From Mobula hypostoma (Eukaryota): a stretch of 64,000 nt of DNA. Each line of letters begins with the position of its first letter. Position 1 is the stretch's first letter. Both the position numbers and the translations under genes were made by a program. The notes below the pieces were generated by a model that was not told the DNA's origin, ran no database searches, and saw only the letters and a list, made by a program, of their open reading frames with translations. The stretch lies in contig NC_086097.1 in NCBI RefSeq assembly GCF_963921235.1, positions 179,988,001 to 180,052,000 on the forward strand. Direction: 5' to 3'. Shown in pieces: positions 14,200 to 27,405 of this stretch.

Positions 14200-15130
14200 C
14201 CAATCTTCCCGCCGCCTTAACAGTGATAGAGCTCTTCTTGTCCTTGCCCATCACCCATGAGCCTCCCCATCAACACATCATTGTCCGCAACTTCCGCCAT
14301 CTCCAATGGGATCCTACCAGCAAACATTCTTTCCCCCCTCTCTCCGCTTTACTCACGGGTCGTTCCCTCCAAGATTCCCTTGTCCATTAATCTCCCTCCC
14401 GGCACTTATCCCTGCAAGTGCTACACCTGCTTATTCACCTCCATTCAGAGCCCCAAACAGTTCTTCCAGGTGAGGCAACACTTCACCTGCAAATCTGCTG
14501 GGATCATCTATTGTGCCTGGTGCTCCTGTTGCAGCCTCCTCTATATTTGTGGGACCTGTCATAAATTGGGGGACCACTTCATTGAGCACCTCTGCTACAT
14601 CTGCCAAAAGCAGAACTTCCTGGTGACCAAACATTTTAATTCAAATTCCCATTCCAACATGTCGATTCATGGCCTCCTCTTGAGCCATGAAGAGACCACC
14701 GTCGGAGAGCAGGAGCAGGAGTACATGCCACCTGGTTATCCTCCAACCTGGTGACATGAATATCCATTTCTCTTTCCAGTAAAAAAAATTTCCCTCCCCT
14801 TCCCCTCTTCTCCACTCTAACCCCATACCTCTTCTCACCGGCCTATCACTTCCCCTTGGGTCCCCTCTCCCTTCCCTTTCTCATATGATCCACTCTCCTC
14901 TTCCATCAGATTCCTTCAACTCCAGCCCGTTACCTTTCCCACCCACCTGCCTTCACCTATCACTTTTCTGGCTATCCTCTTTCCCCTACCCCTCCCACCT
15001 TTTTATTCTGTCTTCTTCTCCCTTCCTTCCCAGTCCCGAGGAAGGGTCTTGGCCCGAAATGTTGACTGTTTATTCATTACCATAGACTCTGCCTGACCTG
15101 CTGAATTCCTCTGACATTTTGTGTGTGTTG
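14200..15130 (+). mobile_element. Penelope-like element 3' fragment (GIY-YIG endonuclease)
   Basis: QHFTCKSAGIIYCAWCSCCSLLYICGTCHKLGDHFIEHL, with a degenerate hammerhead at about 15031-15069. Confidence 0.8.
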
Positions 15131-15544
15131 CCAATAATTGTACAGTTTTTCTCAAAGGTTTGGATTAGACATCAAAAGTTTTTTGGGCAGTGAGACAAAA
15201 TTTGAGAAGGAGTAAAAGCAACAGTTCTAATAGCATTAAAAACAAGTCTAAAGATGCAAATTCTCTAAACTTTAGATGAATGAGTGATAAACTTATTGCA
15301 GAATACAAGATGCTTACAGTGGTTAACAGGGTGATAGATGCTGGTGTTTCCACTGGCCATACTGTCTACAACCAAGGGTCACAGGTCAATTATTTACAGA
15401 CACCAGCTATTTTCATTCTACGTCTGCTTCCCACATTGACATAACTGTCCACGACCTCCTCTGCTGCCAAGTATGTGGGGTGAGTGTCTTGTTTCTACTT
15501 CTGTTTCATATCATGTTCTGGAGTGTAAAAACTTGCAATGGAGC

Positions 15545-15750
15545 ATCGGATAGCACTGCTGCCTCTTAGCTCAGGAGACCCACGTACAATCCTGACCTCT
15601 GACGTTATTTGTGTGCAGTCTGCATCTTCTCCCCATCAGCACACAGGGTTCCCCTGGATGTTCTAGTTTCCTCCCACGTCCCAAAAGGATGCAGATTTGT
15701 AAGCTGAAAGGTTACTGTAAATTACTGCTTGTGTGCAAGTTGGTGAAAGG
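15545..15750 (+). mobile_element. V-SINE/HE1-like SINE (degenerate)
   Basis: Central domain gtgtgcagtctgcatcttctcccc...gtttcctcccacgtcccaaa. A related copy lies at about 22030-22200. Confidence 0.55.
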
Positions 15751-15825
15751 AATAGCAGAAAGCTAAGATGAATATATCTAATTCATTACTTAACACAAAT
15801 CCACCACTAACTTCAGCCACCAATG

Positions 15826-16420
15826 AAGACCACAAGATATAGGAGCAGAATTAGGCCATTTAGCCCATCGAGTCTGCTCCACCATTTCATCATGGCTGAT
15901 CCAGTTTTCCTCTCAGCTCCAATCTTCTGCTTTCTCACTGTATCCCTTCATGCTCAGACCAATCAAGAATCTATCAACTTTTGCCTTAACTATACATACA
16001 GACTTGGCTACCACAGCTGCCTGTGGCAAAGAATTCCACAGATTCGCCACCCTCTGGCTAAATAAATTCCTCCTCATCTCCATTCTAAAAGGATACCCCT
16101 CTATTCCGAGGCTGAGTCCTCTGGTCTTAGACTCTCCCACCATAGGAGACATCCTTTCCACATCCACTCTATCAAGACCTTTCACTATTCGATAGGTTTC
16201 TATGAGATCACCTTTCATTCTTCTGAATTCTAGTGAATGCAGGCCCAAAGCCATCAGATGTTCTACATTTGACAAGCCACTCAATCCTGGAATCATTTTT
16301 ATGAACCTCCTTTGAACCCTCTCCAGTTTCAGTTAATCCTTTCCAAGATAAGGGGCCCAAACCTGCCCACATTACATACTTGCTTTTATATTCTAGTCCT
16401 CGCAAAATGAATGCTGACAT
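15826..16420 (-). mobile_element. CR1 LINE 3' fragment
   Basis: LGLHSLEFRRMKGDLIETYRIVKGLDRVDVERM...FSQRVANLWNSLP. Confidence 0.85.
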
Positions 16421-16441
16421 ACCAGTTCAAATCATTAGCCA

Positions 16442-16534
16442 AACAACAGGAATTCTGCAGATGCTGGAAATTCAGGCAACACACATCAAAGTTGCTGGCC
16501 TGCTGCGTTCACCAGCAACTTTGATGTGTGTTGC
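16442..16534. mobile_element. 93-bp miniature Penelope-derived hairpin insertion
   Basis: 15-bp TSD TCAAATCATTAGCCA (16427-16441, 16535-16549) and a perfect 23-bp inverted repeat at 16476-16498 / 16512-16534. Confidence 0.85.
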
Positions 16535-17040
16535 TCAAATCATTAGCCATTTATTTCAGGTAAACATTTATGTCTTGCTTTTTTAATCTTTGTACTTTGC
16601 AGTATTTTGAGTTTGCATTCAACTGTTCCTGCATCATTTTCTGTATCATTGAATGTTTAAATAATTATTTTACTCCAATTATTTTTCAAAATTAGTAAAT
16701 GGTCAGCAAAAAGGAATTTCAATGGAGTAACACAGTTGGGTTAAAATCACTAAATCAAAGTATTGAGTACAGGAGTTGGGATGTTATGTTGAAGTTGTGC
16801 AAGATGTTGTTGAGGCCTAATTTGGAGTATTGTCTGCAGTTCTGGTCACCTCAAAGTAAACCTATTCTCAATGTACATACTAGTCACCATATACCTCCCT
16901 GATATTACAGGAAAGATATCAATAGGATTGAAAGAGTACAGAGAAAATTTACAAGGATGTTACCGAGACTTGAGTTGTAGAGAAAGGCTGAAGAGGTTAG
17001 GACTTTATTCCTGGGATCATAGGAAAAAGAGGGGAGATTT

Positions 17041-17298
17041 GATAGAGATATACAAAAGTATGAGGGGTATAGATAGTATTAATGACAGAGATATACAAAA
17101 GTATGAGGGGTATAGATAGTATTAATGATGGAGATATACAAAAGTATGAGGGGTATAGATAGTACTAATGATAGAGATATACAAAAGTATGTGGGGTATA
17201 AATAGTACTAATGATGGAGATAGACAAAAGTATGAGGGGTATAGATAGTACTAATGATAGAGATATACAAAAGTATGTGGGGTATAGATGGTATTAAT
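17041..17298. repeat. 43-bp minisatellite x6 derived from CR1 ORF2
   Basis: Unit gatagagatatacaaaagtatgaggggtatagatagtattaat, lying inside a CR1 (about 16750-18350). Confidence 0.95.
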
Positions 17299-17310
17299 GC
17301 AAGCAGGCTT

Positions 17311-18135
17311 CCGGTAAGATGGTGGCACATTCGAATGCAGCGGCCTCTCGGGGCCAGCCAAAGTTGTTTTTGTCTTTTCTAAGCATCTTGTTTTACGATT
17401 GTAGGACAATGCTGGACATTGAGAACCTCAGGTACTGCAGGACAATGCTGGACATTGAGAACCTCAGGTACTGCAGGTCTACCCCAATCAGCAAGTTGGT
17501 CATTGGCAGAAGAGATCAGATTGGTGTGGACCATGTTACTGCCTGTTACAGGAAGAAAGACAGCAGAATTGATGCACAAAGGCAGTTTGCAGTCTAACTG
17601 CGAGTGATTTTCTTAGACATTTCTTTTGCAATCGCAAGACCCTGTTAAACATTGATAATGCAGACTGCTGCAAATTTGATTCCCTTGTTTATTGGGGAGA
17701 CAGACAGCGGGGTAGCTGCATGGCTTCAGATGTAGCGAGGACTAGACCTCAAGCCGCAGGCTTGCCTGTTGCACCAGTCCAGGAGAGGAGACGCCAAAAG
17801 CGATGTCTATGCTGGGTTGGGGTCTGGCTGCTCCCCATGGATGCTGTCCTCCAGTGTTCGATCTGTGGAATGACAAGCTGGATCGTGTGCGTGTGTACGT
17901 TTCTTTGTGGACTTCTGAGAACTGCTTGTTTTTGCTGATAACCCCTATGCACTATCGGCTTACAGGACTCGGGCTATACATATTTTTCTTGTGTGACTGT
18001 ATGTTTACTTGCTATCTTACATGCGCTATATGTTCCTTTTGCTGTGCATGACTGATGGTACTGTGTTTTGCACCTTGGCCCCAGAGTAACACTGTTTCGT
18101 TTGGCTGATATTATGGGTGTTCATGAGTGACATGA
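17311..18135 (+). mobile_element. Non-autonomous retroelement-like insert in CR1
   Basis: Junction reads CTTCCGGTAAGATGG (ETS/YY1-like motifs). Contains a 36-bp tandem duplication at about 17401-17476. CR1 sequence resumes after it with duplicated flanking sequence. Confidence 0.5.
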
Positions 18136-19850
18136 ACAAAAGTATGATGGGTATAGATAGCGTAAATGCAAGCAGGCTTTTTCCACTGAGGTTAGATGAA
18201 AACTAGAGGTCATAACACAAGGGTGAAAGGTGAAATATTTAAGGGAAACATGAGGAGGAGTGGTGAGACTGTGGAACGAGCTACCAGTGGAAGTGCTGGA
18301 TGCCGGTCTGATTACAACACTTAAGAGATGTTTGGATAAGTACATGGATGAGAGAATGCTTGCGCTCATTCACCAAACCAAAGACCAAGACAATCAGCCC
18401 ATTCAGTCTATACCAGCTCTTCACACAATCTCTCCAAGTAGACCAACAAACAATCTGCCAGGATGTAGGGTGAAAGGAATTATCGACACTTGGAGTCAAA
18501 ATATCAACAATTTCTCCCCCACCCCACCACAGATGGTGCTTGGCCCTTTGAGTGAGATTGCATGTGGCTCCAGATTCCAGCATCTGTAGTCTTTTGTGTC
18601 TCCATTTTACTCCTCCACTCTGAAGTGTCTTGAAGGAGTGCCCACTCTTAATAAGTTCTTCTCCTCTCCAATGGGATTTCTGAGACTCTTTATCACGGCT
18701 CCCTCTGCGATCTCTGCTGCTCCCCTGCTCTTCAATCCAACTATTTCGCACCCCTTCCCCTCTCCTCTCGATACTGACCATCTCCCCTCTACTTTTGATG
18801 CAAGCTCTCAACCCGAAATGCCAACAACTCCTTCCCCTCAGAGCTGCTGAGTTCTTCCTGCAGGTTGTTTGTTGCTCCAGATTCCATCAGCTGTTGTCTC
18901 TGGTGTCTCCCATTAGACCCCCTGTTTGCTGCTCTGCTTCCTAATTTTAGCCTTCCTAAATATTTATCCAATTCCCTTTTGAATCTGCTTTCACCGCGCT
19001 CTTGTGCAGCACATCCCAGATCTCAGTGCGGGATGTTTCTCTTCACCCATTCCCACAGTGTGTGAGGATTCCCTTCCATCGGGTACCTGACTTCCTCACC
19101 ATGAGAAACAAACTCTTGTTACTGGTCGTGTGGACAGACCCTCATTACTCAGAGCATTGCGATTTTAGATCGGCCCTTGACCTTGCTTCTTTGAGAAGAG
19201 CCATAGTCAGTACGGTCTCTCCACAGCCAAAACCCCTCATTGCTGGGACCTATCGAGTCAGTGTATCAGAGAGCAATAGAGTGCAACAGCACAGAAGCAC
19301 TCCCTTCAGCTCACCATGTCCATGTTGGCCAGCAAATACCCATCTATCACCACTTTGTCCATAGCTTCCTATGCCTTGGAGATACAAGAGCTCCTCCAGA
19401 TATTTTTCATGCGAGTCTCTGCCTCCATTATTCCCTCAGGGAGTATGTCCAGATTCCAACCACTCTATGGATGAGAGAATTATCCTTCATATGTCCTCTG
19501 AACCTCCTACCCCTATAGCTTCTAGCTTTAGACTCTTCTGCAACAGGAAAATGTTTCCAACCATTATGCCCCTCATAATTGTGTGCATCTCGATCAGGTA
19601 TAGCCCCCCCCCCCATCAGCATCCCCTGCTTAAAGGAGAATGGACCCAGCCTGATCTAACACTTCATCCCAGGCACCCTCCACTCCCTCTCCAGTGCAGT
19701 CACATTACATGTTAGTGTGGAGACCAGGAGTGCACTCAGAGCTCCGGTATCCCGTCCTGAAGCCTTTCTCAAGTGATGGTCAGGATGAAAAAAAAACAAC
19801 AAAGATGTCAGCAAAGGACAGGTGACCATCCCTCAGAATTGGGTACTAAC

Positions 19851-20003
19851 CTGACCAAAGTTGAGGGTGACGTTGACTTGATTGTAGTGAAGTCCACGAG
19901 ACAGAGGAGGGCTTTGCCACCAGCGTTCAGTGCCATCGATGGCGTTGGTGATCACATGGGCTTTGTACGCGTCGTCAGATAAACAGTGGTCACAGAACTG
20001 CCC
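19851..20003 (-). CDS. LAMA3: Laminin alpha-3 coding exon 2 (LN domain)
   Basis: Encodes [51 protein letters not shown]. Acceptor ttctctcttcag|GGG, donor CAG|GTTAGT, 153 nt, in frame with exon 1. Confidence 0.92.
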
Positions 20004-21180
20004 CTGAAGAGAGAATTTCAGGATTAATTTAAAACTGAAGGGAGAACTCATATTTAACAGGCTGTATAGTTCCAAGTAACATTCTGCATACTAATTAGAC
20101 CATTACTTAAATAATTAACATAGTAATAAGGCTCCAATGAACCTAAAACATCACCCAGTTTCCCTCTCCACAGATGCTACCTGGCCTGTTGAATATTTCC
20201 AGCATTTTCTATTTTTATTTCAGATTCTAATTATCTGCTTTTCTTTTGCTTTTCAAACAGTAAACCAAAATTTATGCAAAAGTTTTTCCTCTTATTCTGT
20301 TGTTTTTGAGAGATTTCTGATCCTCATTTTCCCCTGTGACTTTCACCTTGAGGCATACGAACCCTCCAGCTGTTTCCCCGTACCTTTTGTAACTGGGGAA
20401 CTAGTTTACTATTGTCATGTGTACCGAGGTACAGTATATGAAAAACTGCTTTTTAAGGCCCTCCATACAGATCAATTCATCACATCAGTACATCATGGAA
20501 GTACAACAAAACTAACAGAATGCAGGATAGTGTTACAGTTGCAGAAAAAGTGCAGGGCGAGCAGACAATAAGGTGCAAGGCCAGATTGGGAGATCAAATG
20601 TTCATCTTCAACATTCAAGAGATCTATTCCACAGGAAGATGGAAGCTGTCCTTGAGCCCTAGTGATGTGCTTTCATGCTTTTGTATCTTCTGCCCAATGG
20701 GAGGGGGAGAAGAAAGAATGCCCAGGGTGGGTGGGCCCTTTGATTATACTGGTTGATCTACCAAGGCAGTGAGAAGAGTAGAAAGAAAGAAAGTCCATCA
20801 CCTCCCTCTGGTGCTCCTCCCCCTTTCCTTTCTTCCATAGTCTTCCGCCGCTCCTATCAGATTCCCCCTTCTTCAGCCCTTTATCTCTTACACCAATCAA
20901 CTTTCCAGCTCTTTATTTCACCCAGTTTCACCTGTCACCTACCACCTGGTACTTCCTCCCCCTCCCCCATAGTCTTACTCTGACTTCTCATCTTTCTTTC
21001 CAGTCCTCATGAAGGGTCTTGGCCTGAAACATTGACTGTTTACTTTTTTCCATAGATGCTGCCTGGCCTGCTGAGTTCCTCCAACATTTTGTGAGCGTAG
21101 GAAGAGTCCACAGAGGGCAGGCTGATTTCCGTGATGGACTGAGCTCCATACACAACTCTACAGTTTCTCCTGACCACAGG

Positions 21181-21680
21181 CAGATCCGTTGCCGTACCAA
21201 GCCACAATGCATCCGGATCAGATGCTTTGCTGGACCAAGCCACGATGCATCCAGATCAGATCCGTTGCCATACCAAGTTGGATGCATCCGGATCAGATCT
21301 GTTGCCGTACCAAGTTGGATGCATCCGGATCAGATCCTTTGCCGTACCAAGCCGGGATGCACCTGGATCAGATCCGTGGCCATGACAAGCCACAATGCAT
21401 TCGGATTAGATCCGTTGCTGTACCAAGTTGGATGCATCTGGATCAGATGCTTTGCTGTACCAAGCCACGATGCATCTGGATCAGATCTGTTGCCATACCA
21501 AGTTGGATGCATCCGGATCAGATCTGTTGCCGTACCAAGCCGGGATGCACCTGGATCAGATCCGTGGCCATGACAAGCCACGATGCACCTGGATCAGATC
21601 CGTTGCTGTACCAAGTCGGGATGCATCCGGATCAGATCCATGGCAGTGACAAGCCACGATGCATCCAGATCAGATGCTTT
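21181..21680. repeat. 37-38 bp minisatellite x13 expanded within a Rex1-type LINE
   Basis: Unit cagatccgttgccgtaccaag(ttg/ccac)gatgcatccggat. An unexpanded counterpart lies at about 52880-52925. Confidence 0.95.
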
Positions 21681-21869
21681 CTGTAGTGCATCAACAGAAA
21701 TTGATGAAAATCAAAAAGACATGGATAGGAAAGGATTAGAGAGAGATGTGCCAAATGCCAGCAGATGGGACCACCAATCTATGGGAATGTCATAGATAAA
21801 TGAAAACACATCAGAAACTACCATTAAAGTAACGCATTACCACTATTACAGCAACAGTTGTTCCTTTCT

Positions 21870-22030
21870 GTGCCTCGTGGCAACATTGCCACTTCTTTAG
21901 CATTTGTCTGTGTTTTTTTTTTACAAGGTCGCTCAACCCAGCACGGATGGAAAGCGTGCAAGGAACTGGCCGGATTCAAACCCGGGACCAATCGCCTCAA
22001 AGTCCAGTGCTGATGCCATGACACCACCAG
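21870..22030 (-). mobile_element. tRNA-derived SINE related to the copy at 36637
   Basis: Reverse complement shares ctggtggtgt..tggcatc.gca, ggtcccgggtt.gaatcc and cgctttccatccgtgctgggtt. Confidence 0.7.
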
Positions 22031-25000
22031 TGACCCAGGTTCAATTCCGCCGCGGTCTGTAAGGAGTTCGTATGATCTCCCTGTGACTACGTGGGTTTCC
22101 CCATGTACACCGGTTTCCTCCCACGTTCTAAAGACGAGTGCTGTGGGTTCATTGGGCTAGAAGGACCTCTTCCTGTGCTGCACCTTTAAATAAATAATAA
22201 ATAAGATGAAAACCAGCAGCAAATTTAGAAGAGGCTGCACAGGATAGGCTCGAGTATGGGGCCTGGTGAGTGGCGGCATCAAGGACAAGGAGGCAGAACT
22301 GTGAAAATATAGTTTGGCTGCTTTGTTTTTAGTTTATCTGTTCCCTCGGTGCCCCGTGCTCAGTACCAGAGAGGTGATCATAAACTGACCCCACAGCATA
22401 AACACTGACCCACTCTATCAGCAGAACACCAAGTGTCTGTTAAAGGCTCCAAGATTCACTTGCCAAAAGAAACGTCCCAACAACAATAAACTGGTCCTCC
22501 TCGTGATCTGGCTTTAGAATGCAAATCACCATTTGACACACACTTCTGCATAGAGTAATACAAAACTGTTTCACACGAATGGGCTTATTACATAAAGGAG
22601 ATTAGTCTCTACTTGTGGGTAAGCTCCATGCAGCGTACAGCATCTGAGAGAACCTTACATTTCAGACACATTAAATGTCTAATACCGGAGAGAAAGCATT
22701 TGAGATGAAGGGAAGAAGTTCATAGGACAGCTGCAAGGCACCTGTTTTTAAATAAAAACACAGAGTCGTGTGTGCCCGGAACAGGCTGCCAAGAGTGGTG
22801 CTGGAGTCAGATATGACGGGCATTTAAGAGTTTCTTAGATAAACATATAAATATACAGAGAATAAAAGGATATGGATATTTTAAGACTTTAACACAATAA
22901 GACACAGGAGCAGGTTAGGCCATTTAGCCCATTGAGTCTGCTCCATCAGACTCAAAGTGTGAGGTGAGGTGAGGTGAGGAATTTCAGGGTACTGGACAGT
23001 TTCCCTAATGATAACATCAACTGCAGTTCCTGACCGACAAGGTCACGCAACTGGAGAAGGAGCTGAATATACTCGGGACCATCCAGGAGGCTGTAAACCT
23101 CATAGATGAGGCTTTTACTAAGGTGGTCACACCCAGAGATCGGGCTTCAGATAGTAGATGGGCAACCACTAGGAGAACTAAAGGGAGTAAACAGCTGATG
23201 CAGAGTTCCCCATGGCCATTTCCCTTCAGCAACAAGTATAACCATTTGGATTCTGCTGGGCAGATGACCTATCAGCGCACAGCAACAAATGCCAAGCTAG
23301 TGACACTGTAGCTGGCTCTGAGGCTCAGCAGGGAAAGGTAAAGGCAGGCAGAGCAATAGTGATTTGATAGTTAGGGGGAGGAACAGGAGATCCAGTGGCC
23401 ACGAAAAAGACGCCAAGATGGTGTGTTGCCTCCAAGGTGCTACGGTCGAGGATAGCTCACAGCGGCTGCAGAAGACTCTCAAGAGGGACGATGAGCAGCC
23501 AAATGTCATGGTACACATTGATGTCAGGGGGTAGGAAGGGGGAAAAAGGGATCATGCACAGTGATTATAGGGAGTTAGGGAAGCGGCTGAGGAGCAGGAT
23601 CTACAAGGTATAATCTCTGGATTTCTCCCAGTGTCACATGCCAGTCAGGGCAGGAGTAGCATGATGGTACAGATGAACGAGTGGCTGAGGGAGTGGTGCA
23701 GGGGGGCAGGGTTTCAGATATCTGGACCATTGGAATCCCTTTGGGGAAGGTACAAAAAAGACAGTTACACCTGAACCAAAGGGGGACCAAAATCTTTGTG
23801 GGCAGGTTTGTCAGAGCTGTTGGGAGCACTTAAACTAGCTTGGTAGGGGGATGTGAACTGGAGTGACAGGGCTGAGGATTGTATTGAAAGGACAGGCAGG
23901 TAGGCAGAGGGGGTGGAGTGCGCCTGTTGGTAAAATCAGATCAAATACCTAGGAAGAGGTGACATAGGACTGGAAAATGTTGAATCCTTGTGGGTAGAGT
24001 TAAGAAACTGCAAGAGTAAAAAGACCCTGATGGGAGTTATATGGCACTCGAACAGTAGCCAGGATGCGAGATATAAATTACAACAGGAGATAGAAACAGC
24101 ATGAAATAAAGCCATTGTTATGATAGTCATGGGGGATTTCAATATGCAAGTAGATTTGAAAAACTAGGTTGGTGCTGGATCCCGAGAGAGGAAATTTGTA
24201 GGATACCTATGAGATGACTTTTTAGAGCAACTTGTGGTTGAGCCCACTAAGGGAAAGGCAATTACCAGATTTGATTAGGGTTCTTAAGGTAAAAGAGATA
24301 GCAATCATAATATGATAGAATTCACCCTGTAGATTGAGAGAGAGAAGATAAAAATCAGGTGTATCAGTATTACAGTGGAGTAAAAAGAATTACAGAGGCA
24401 TGGGAGAGGAACTGGCCAAAGTTGATTGGAAGGGAACACTAGTATAGATAATGGCAGAAGAGCAATGGCTGTAGTTTCTGGGGGAAATTCAGAAGGCAAG
24501 GGACAGATACATCCCAAAGACAAAGCGGTATTCTAAAGGGAGGATGAGGCAACCATGGCTGACAGGGGAAGTAAAAGAGAGCACAAAAGCAAATGAGAAG
24601 GCATATAATACAGCAATAATTAGTGGAAAGTTAAAGGATTTGGAAGCTTTTAAAAACCAACAGAAGGTAACTAAAAAAAACCACAAGAGAAAAGATGAAC
24701 TTTAAAGGCAAGATATCCAATAACATCAAAGAGGACACCAATTTTTTTCCAGATATATAAAAGACTGGATATTGGACCACTGGAAAATAATGCTGGAGAG
24801 ATAGTAATGAGGAAGAAAGAAATGGAAAACAAACAATGAGTATTTTGCATCAGTCTTCACTGTGGAAGACACTGGCAGTATGCCAGAAATTCAAGAGTGT
24901 CAGGCAGAAGTGAGGATTGTTGCTATCACTAAGGAGAAAATGATTGGGAAGTTGAAAATTCTGAAGGTAAGTAACTCACCTGGACCAAATGGACTACACC

Positions 25001-25568
25001 CCAAGGCTCTAAAAAAGGTAGTTGAAGAGATTGTGAAAGCAGTAGTAATGATCTTTCAAGAATCACTAGATTCTGGAGCAGTTCCAGAAGACTGGAAAAT
25101 TAAAGTCACTCCATTCGCTTAAAAAAAGTAAGAGAAGCAGAAAGAAAGGAAATTATAGGCCAGTTAACTCGACTTCAGTGGTTGGGAAGATGTTGGAATC
25201 CGTTGTTAAGATTGAAGTATCAGGGTACTTGGGGCACATGATAAATTAGGCCAATGTCAGTATGGTTCCCTTAAGGGAAAATCTTGCCTGAAAAATCTTT
25301 TAGAATTCTTTGAGGAAAGAACAGCAGGATAGACAGTGGATGTTGTTTACTTGGATTTTCAGAAGACCTTTGACAAGGTACTACACACGAGGCTGCTTAA
25401 CAAGCTATGAGCTCATGGTATCACAGGGAAGATTCTAGCATAGACAAAACTGTGGCTGATTGGCAGGAGGCAAAGAGCAGGAATAAAGGGAACCTTTTCT
25501 GACTGGCTGCAGGTGACTAGTGGTATTCCTTAGGGGTTGGTATTGGGACAGCTTCTTTTCACATTATA

Positions 25569-27405
25569 TTGTGCCCATATAGAGTATTCACCCCCCTCCC
25601 TTAGAAGTTTTCATGTATTACAACATTGAATCACAATTGATTTAATTTGGCTTTTTTGACAAGGGTTAACAAAAGACACTTTTCATGTCAAAGTGAAAAC
25701 AAATTTCTACAAATTGGTCTAAATTGATTACAATTATTAAACAAAATAATTGATTGCATAATTATGTACCCTCTTTTAAGTCGGTATTTAGTAGATGTAC
25801 CTTTGGCAAGAATTACAGCCTTGAGTCTGTGTGGATAAAAAGCTCAAGCTCTGTCAGATTGCATGGGGATTGTGAATGAACAGCCTTTTCAAGTCCAGCC
25901 ACAAATTCTCACTTGGATTGAGGTCAGGACTCTGACTTGACTATTCTAGGACTTGGTTGTTTTTAAGCCATTCCCGTGCATCTTTGACTTTATGCTTGGA
26001 TCATTGTCTTGCTGGAAAGAAATCTTCCCCCAAGTCACAGTTCTCTTGCAGACTGCATCAGGTTTTCCTCCAAGATTTCCAGGGCCTGCTGCAGTGAAGC
26101 ATCCCACAGCATGATGCAGCCACTACCATACTTCACAGAAGGGATGGCGTGTTTTGATGATGTGCAGTGTTCGGCTTACACCAAACATAGTATTTAGTCT
26201 GGTGGCAATAAAGCTCAATTTTGATTTCATCAGACCATAGAACCTTCTTCCAGCTGACTTCAGAGTCTCCCACATGCCTTCTGGCAAACTCTAGCCAAGA
26301 TTTCACCTCCATGTTTTATTTTCCCCAACAGTGGCTTTCTCTTTGCCATTCTCCAATAAAGCTACAACTGGTGAAGCACTCGGGCAACAGTTGTTGTATG
26401 CACAATCTCTCCCATCTCAGCCACTGAAGCTTGCAACTCCTCCAGAGCTGTCATAGGTCTCTTGGTGGCCTCCCTCACTAGTCCCTTCTTGCACATTCAC
26501 TCAGTTTTTGAGGATGGCTTCTTCTAGGCAGATGTACAACTGTACCATATTCTTTCCATTTTATGATGATTGACTTAACTGTATTCCAAGGGATATTCAA
26601 TGACTTGGAAATGTTGTTGTATGCACCTCCTGGCTTGTGCTTTTCAATAACCTTTTCATAGAGTTATTTGGTGTGTTCTTGTGTCTTCATGGTGTAGATT
26701 TTGCACGGATACTGACTCACCAGCAGTTGGACCTCCCAGATACAGGTGTAATTTACTACAATCAATTGAAACACCTTGACTGCACACAGGTGATCTCCAT
26801 CTAACCACTTATGTGACTTCTAAAACCAATTGGCTGCACCAGTGATGATTTGGTGTGTTATATTAAAGGGGTTGAATACTTATGCAGTCAATTATTTTGT
26901 GTTTTATAATTATAAGTAATTTAGATCCGTGTGGGCACGCAGCCAAGTGGTTAAGGCGTTGGACTAGCGACCTGAAGGTCGTGAGTTCGAGCTCCAACTG
27001 AGGCAACATGTTGTGTCCTTGAGCAAGGCACTTAATCACACATTGCTCTGCGACGACACCAGTGCCAAACTGTATGGGTCCTAATGCCCTTCCCTTGGAC
27101 AACATTGGTGTCTTGGAGAGGGGAGACTTGCAGCATGGGCAACTGCTGGTCTTCCATACAACCTTGCCCAGGCCTGCACCCTGGAGAGTGAAGACTTTCC
27201 AGGCGCAGATCCATGGTCTCGCAAGACTAACGGATGCCTTTTTTAAATTTAGGTCACTTTGTAGAGATCTGTATTCACTTTCACCTGAAAGAGTCTTTTT
27301 CAATCAGTGTCAAAAAAAAAAACAAATTAAATCCACTGTGATTCAAAGTTGTAAAATAATAACATATGATAACTTCTGGGGGGTGATTTCTTTTTATAGG
27401 CACTG
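25569..27405 (-). mobile_element. Tc1/mariner DNA transposon (internally deleted, degenerate)
   Basis: Long TIRs of about 200 bp: gtgcccatatagagtattcacccc on the left, ggggtgatttctttttataggcactg on the right. TA on both flanks and transposase remnants on the minus strand. Confidence 0.8.
26932..27242 (+). mobile_element. tRNA-derived SINE with CORE-like domain, inserted in the Tc1 TIR
   Basis: A box gccaagtggtt, B box gagttcgagc, CORE-like tgtgtccttgagcaaggcacttaa. A truncated second copy lies at about 38439-38645. Confidence 0.8.

Noticed and set aside
21181..21680. CRISPR-like array
   Set aside because: Units are contiguous with no unique spacers, there are no cas genes, the context is eukaryotic and the unit derives from a LINE.
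26932..27005. tRNA genes (also at 36637 and 38439)
   Set aside because: A and B boxes are present, but they continue into SINE bodies and tails and I see no complete cloverleaf.
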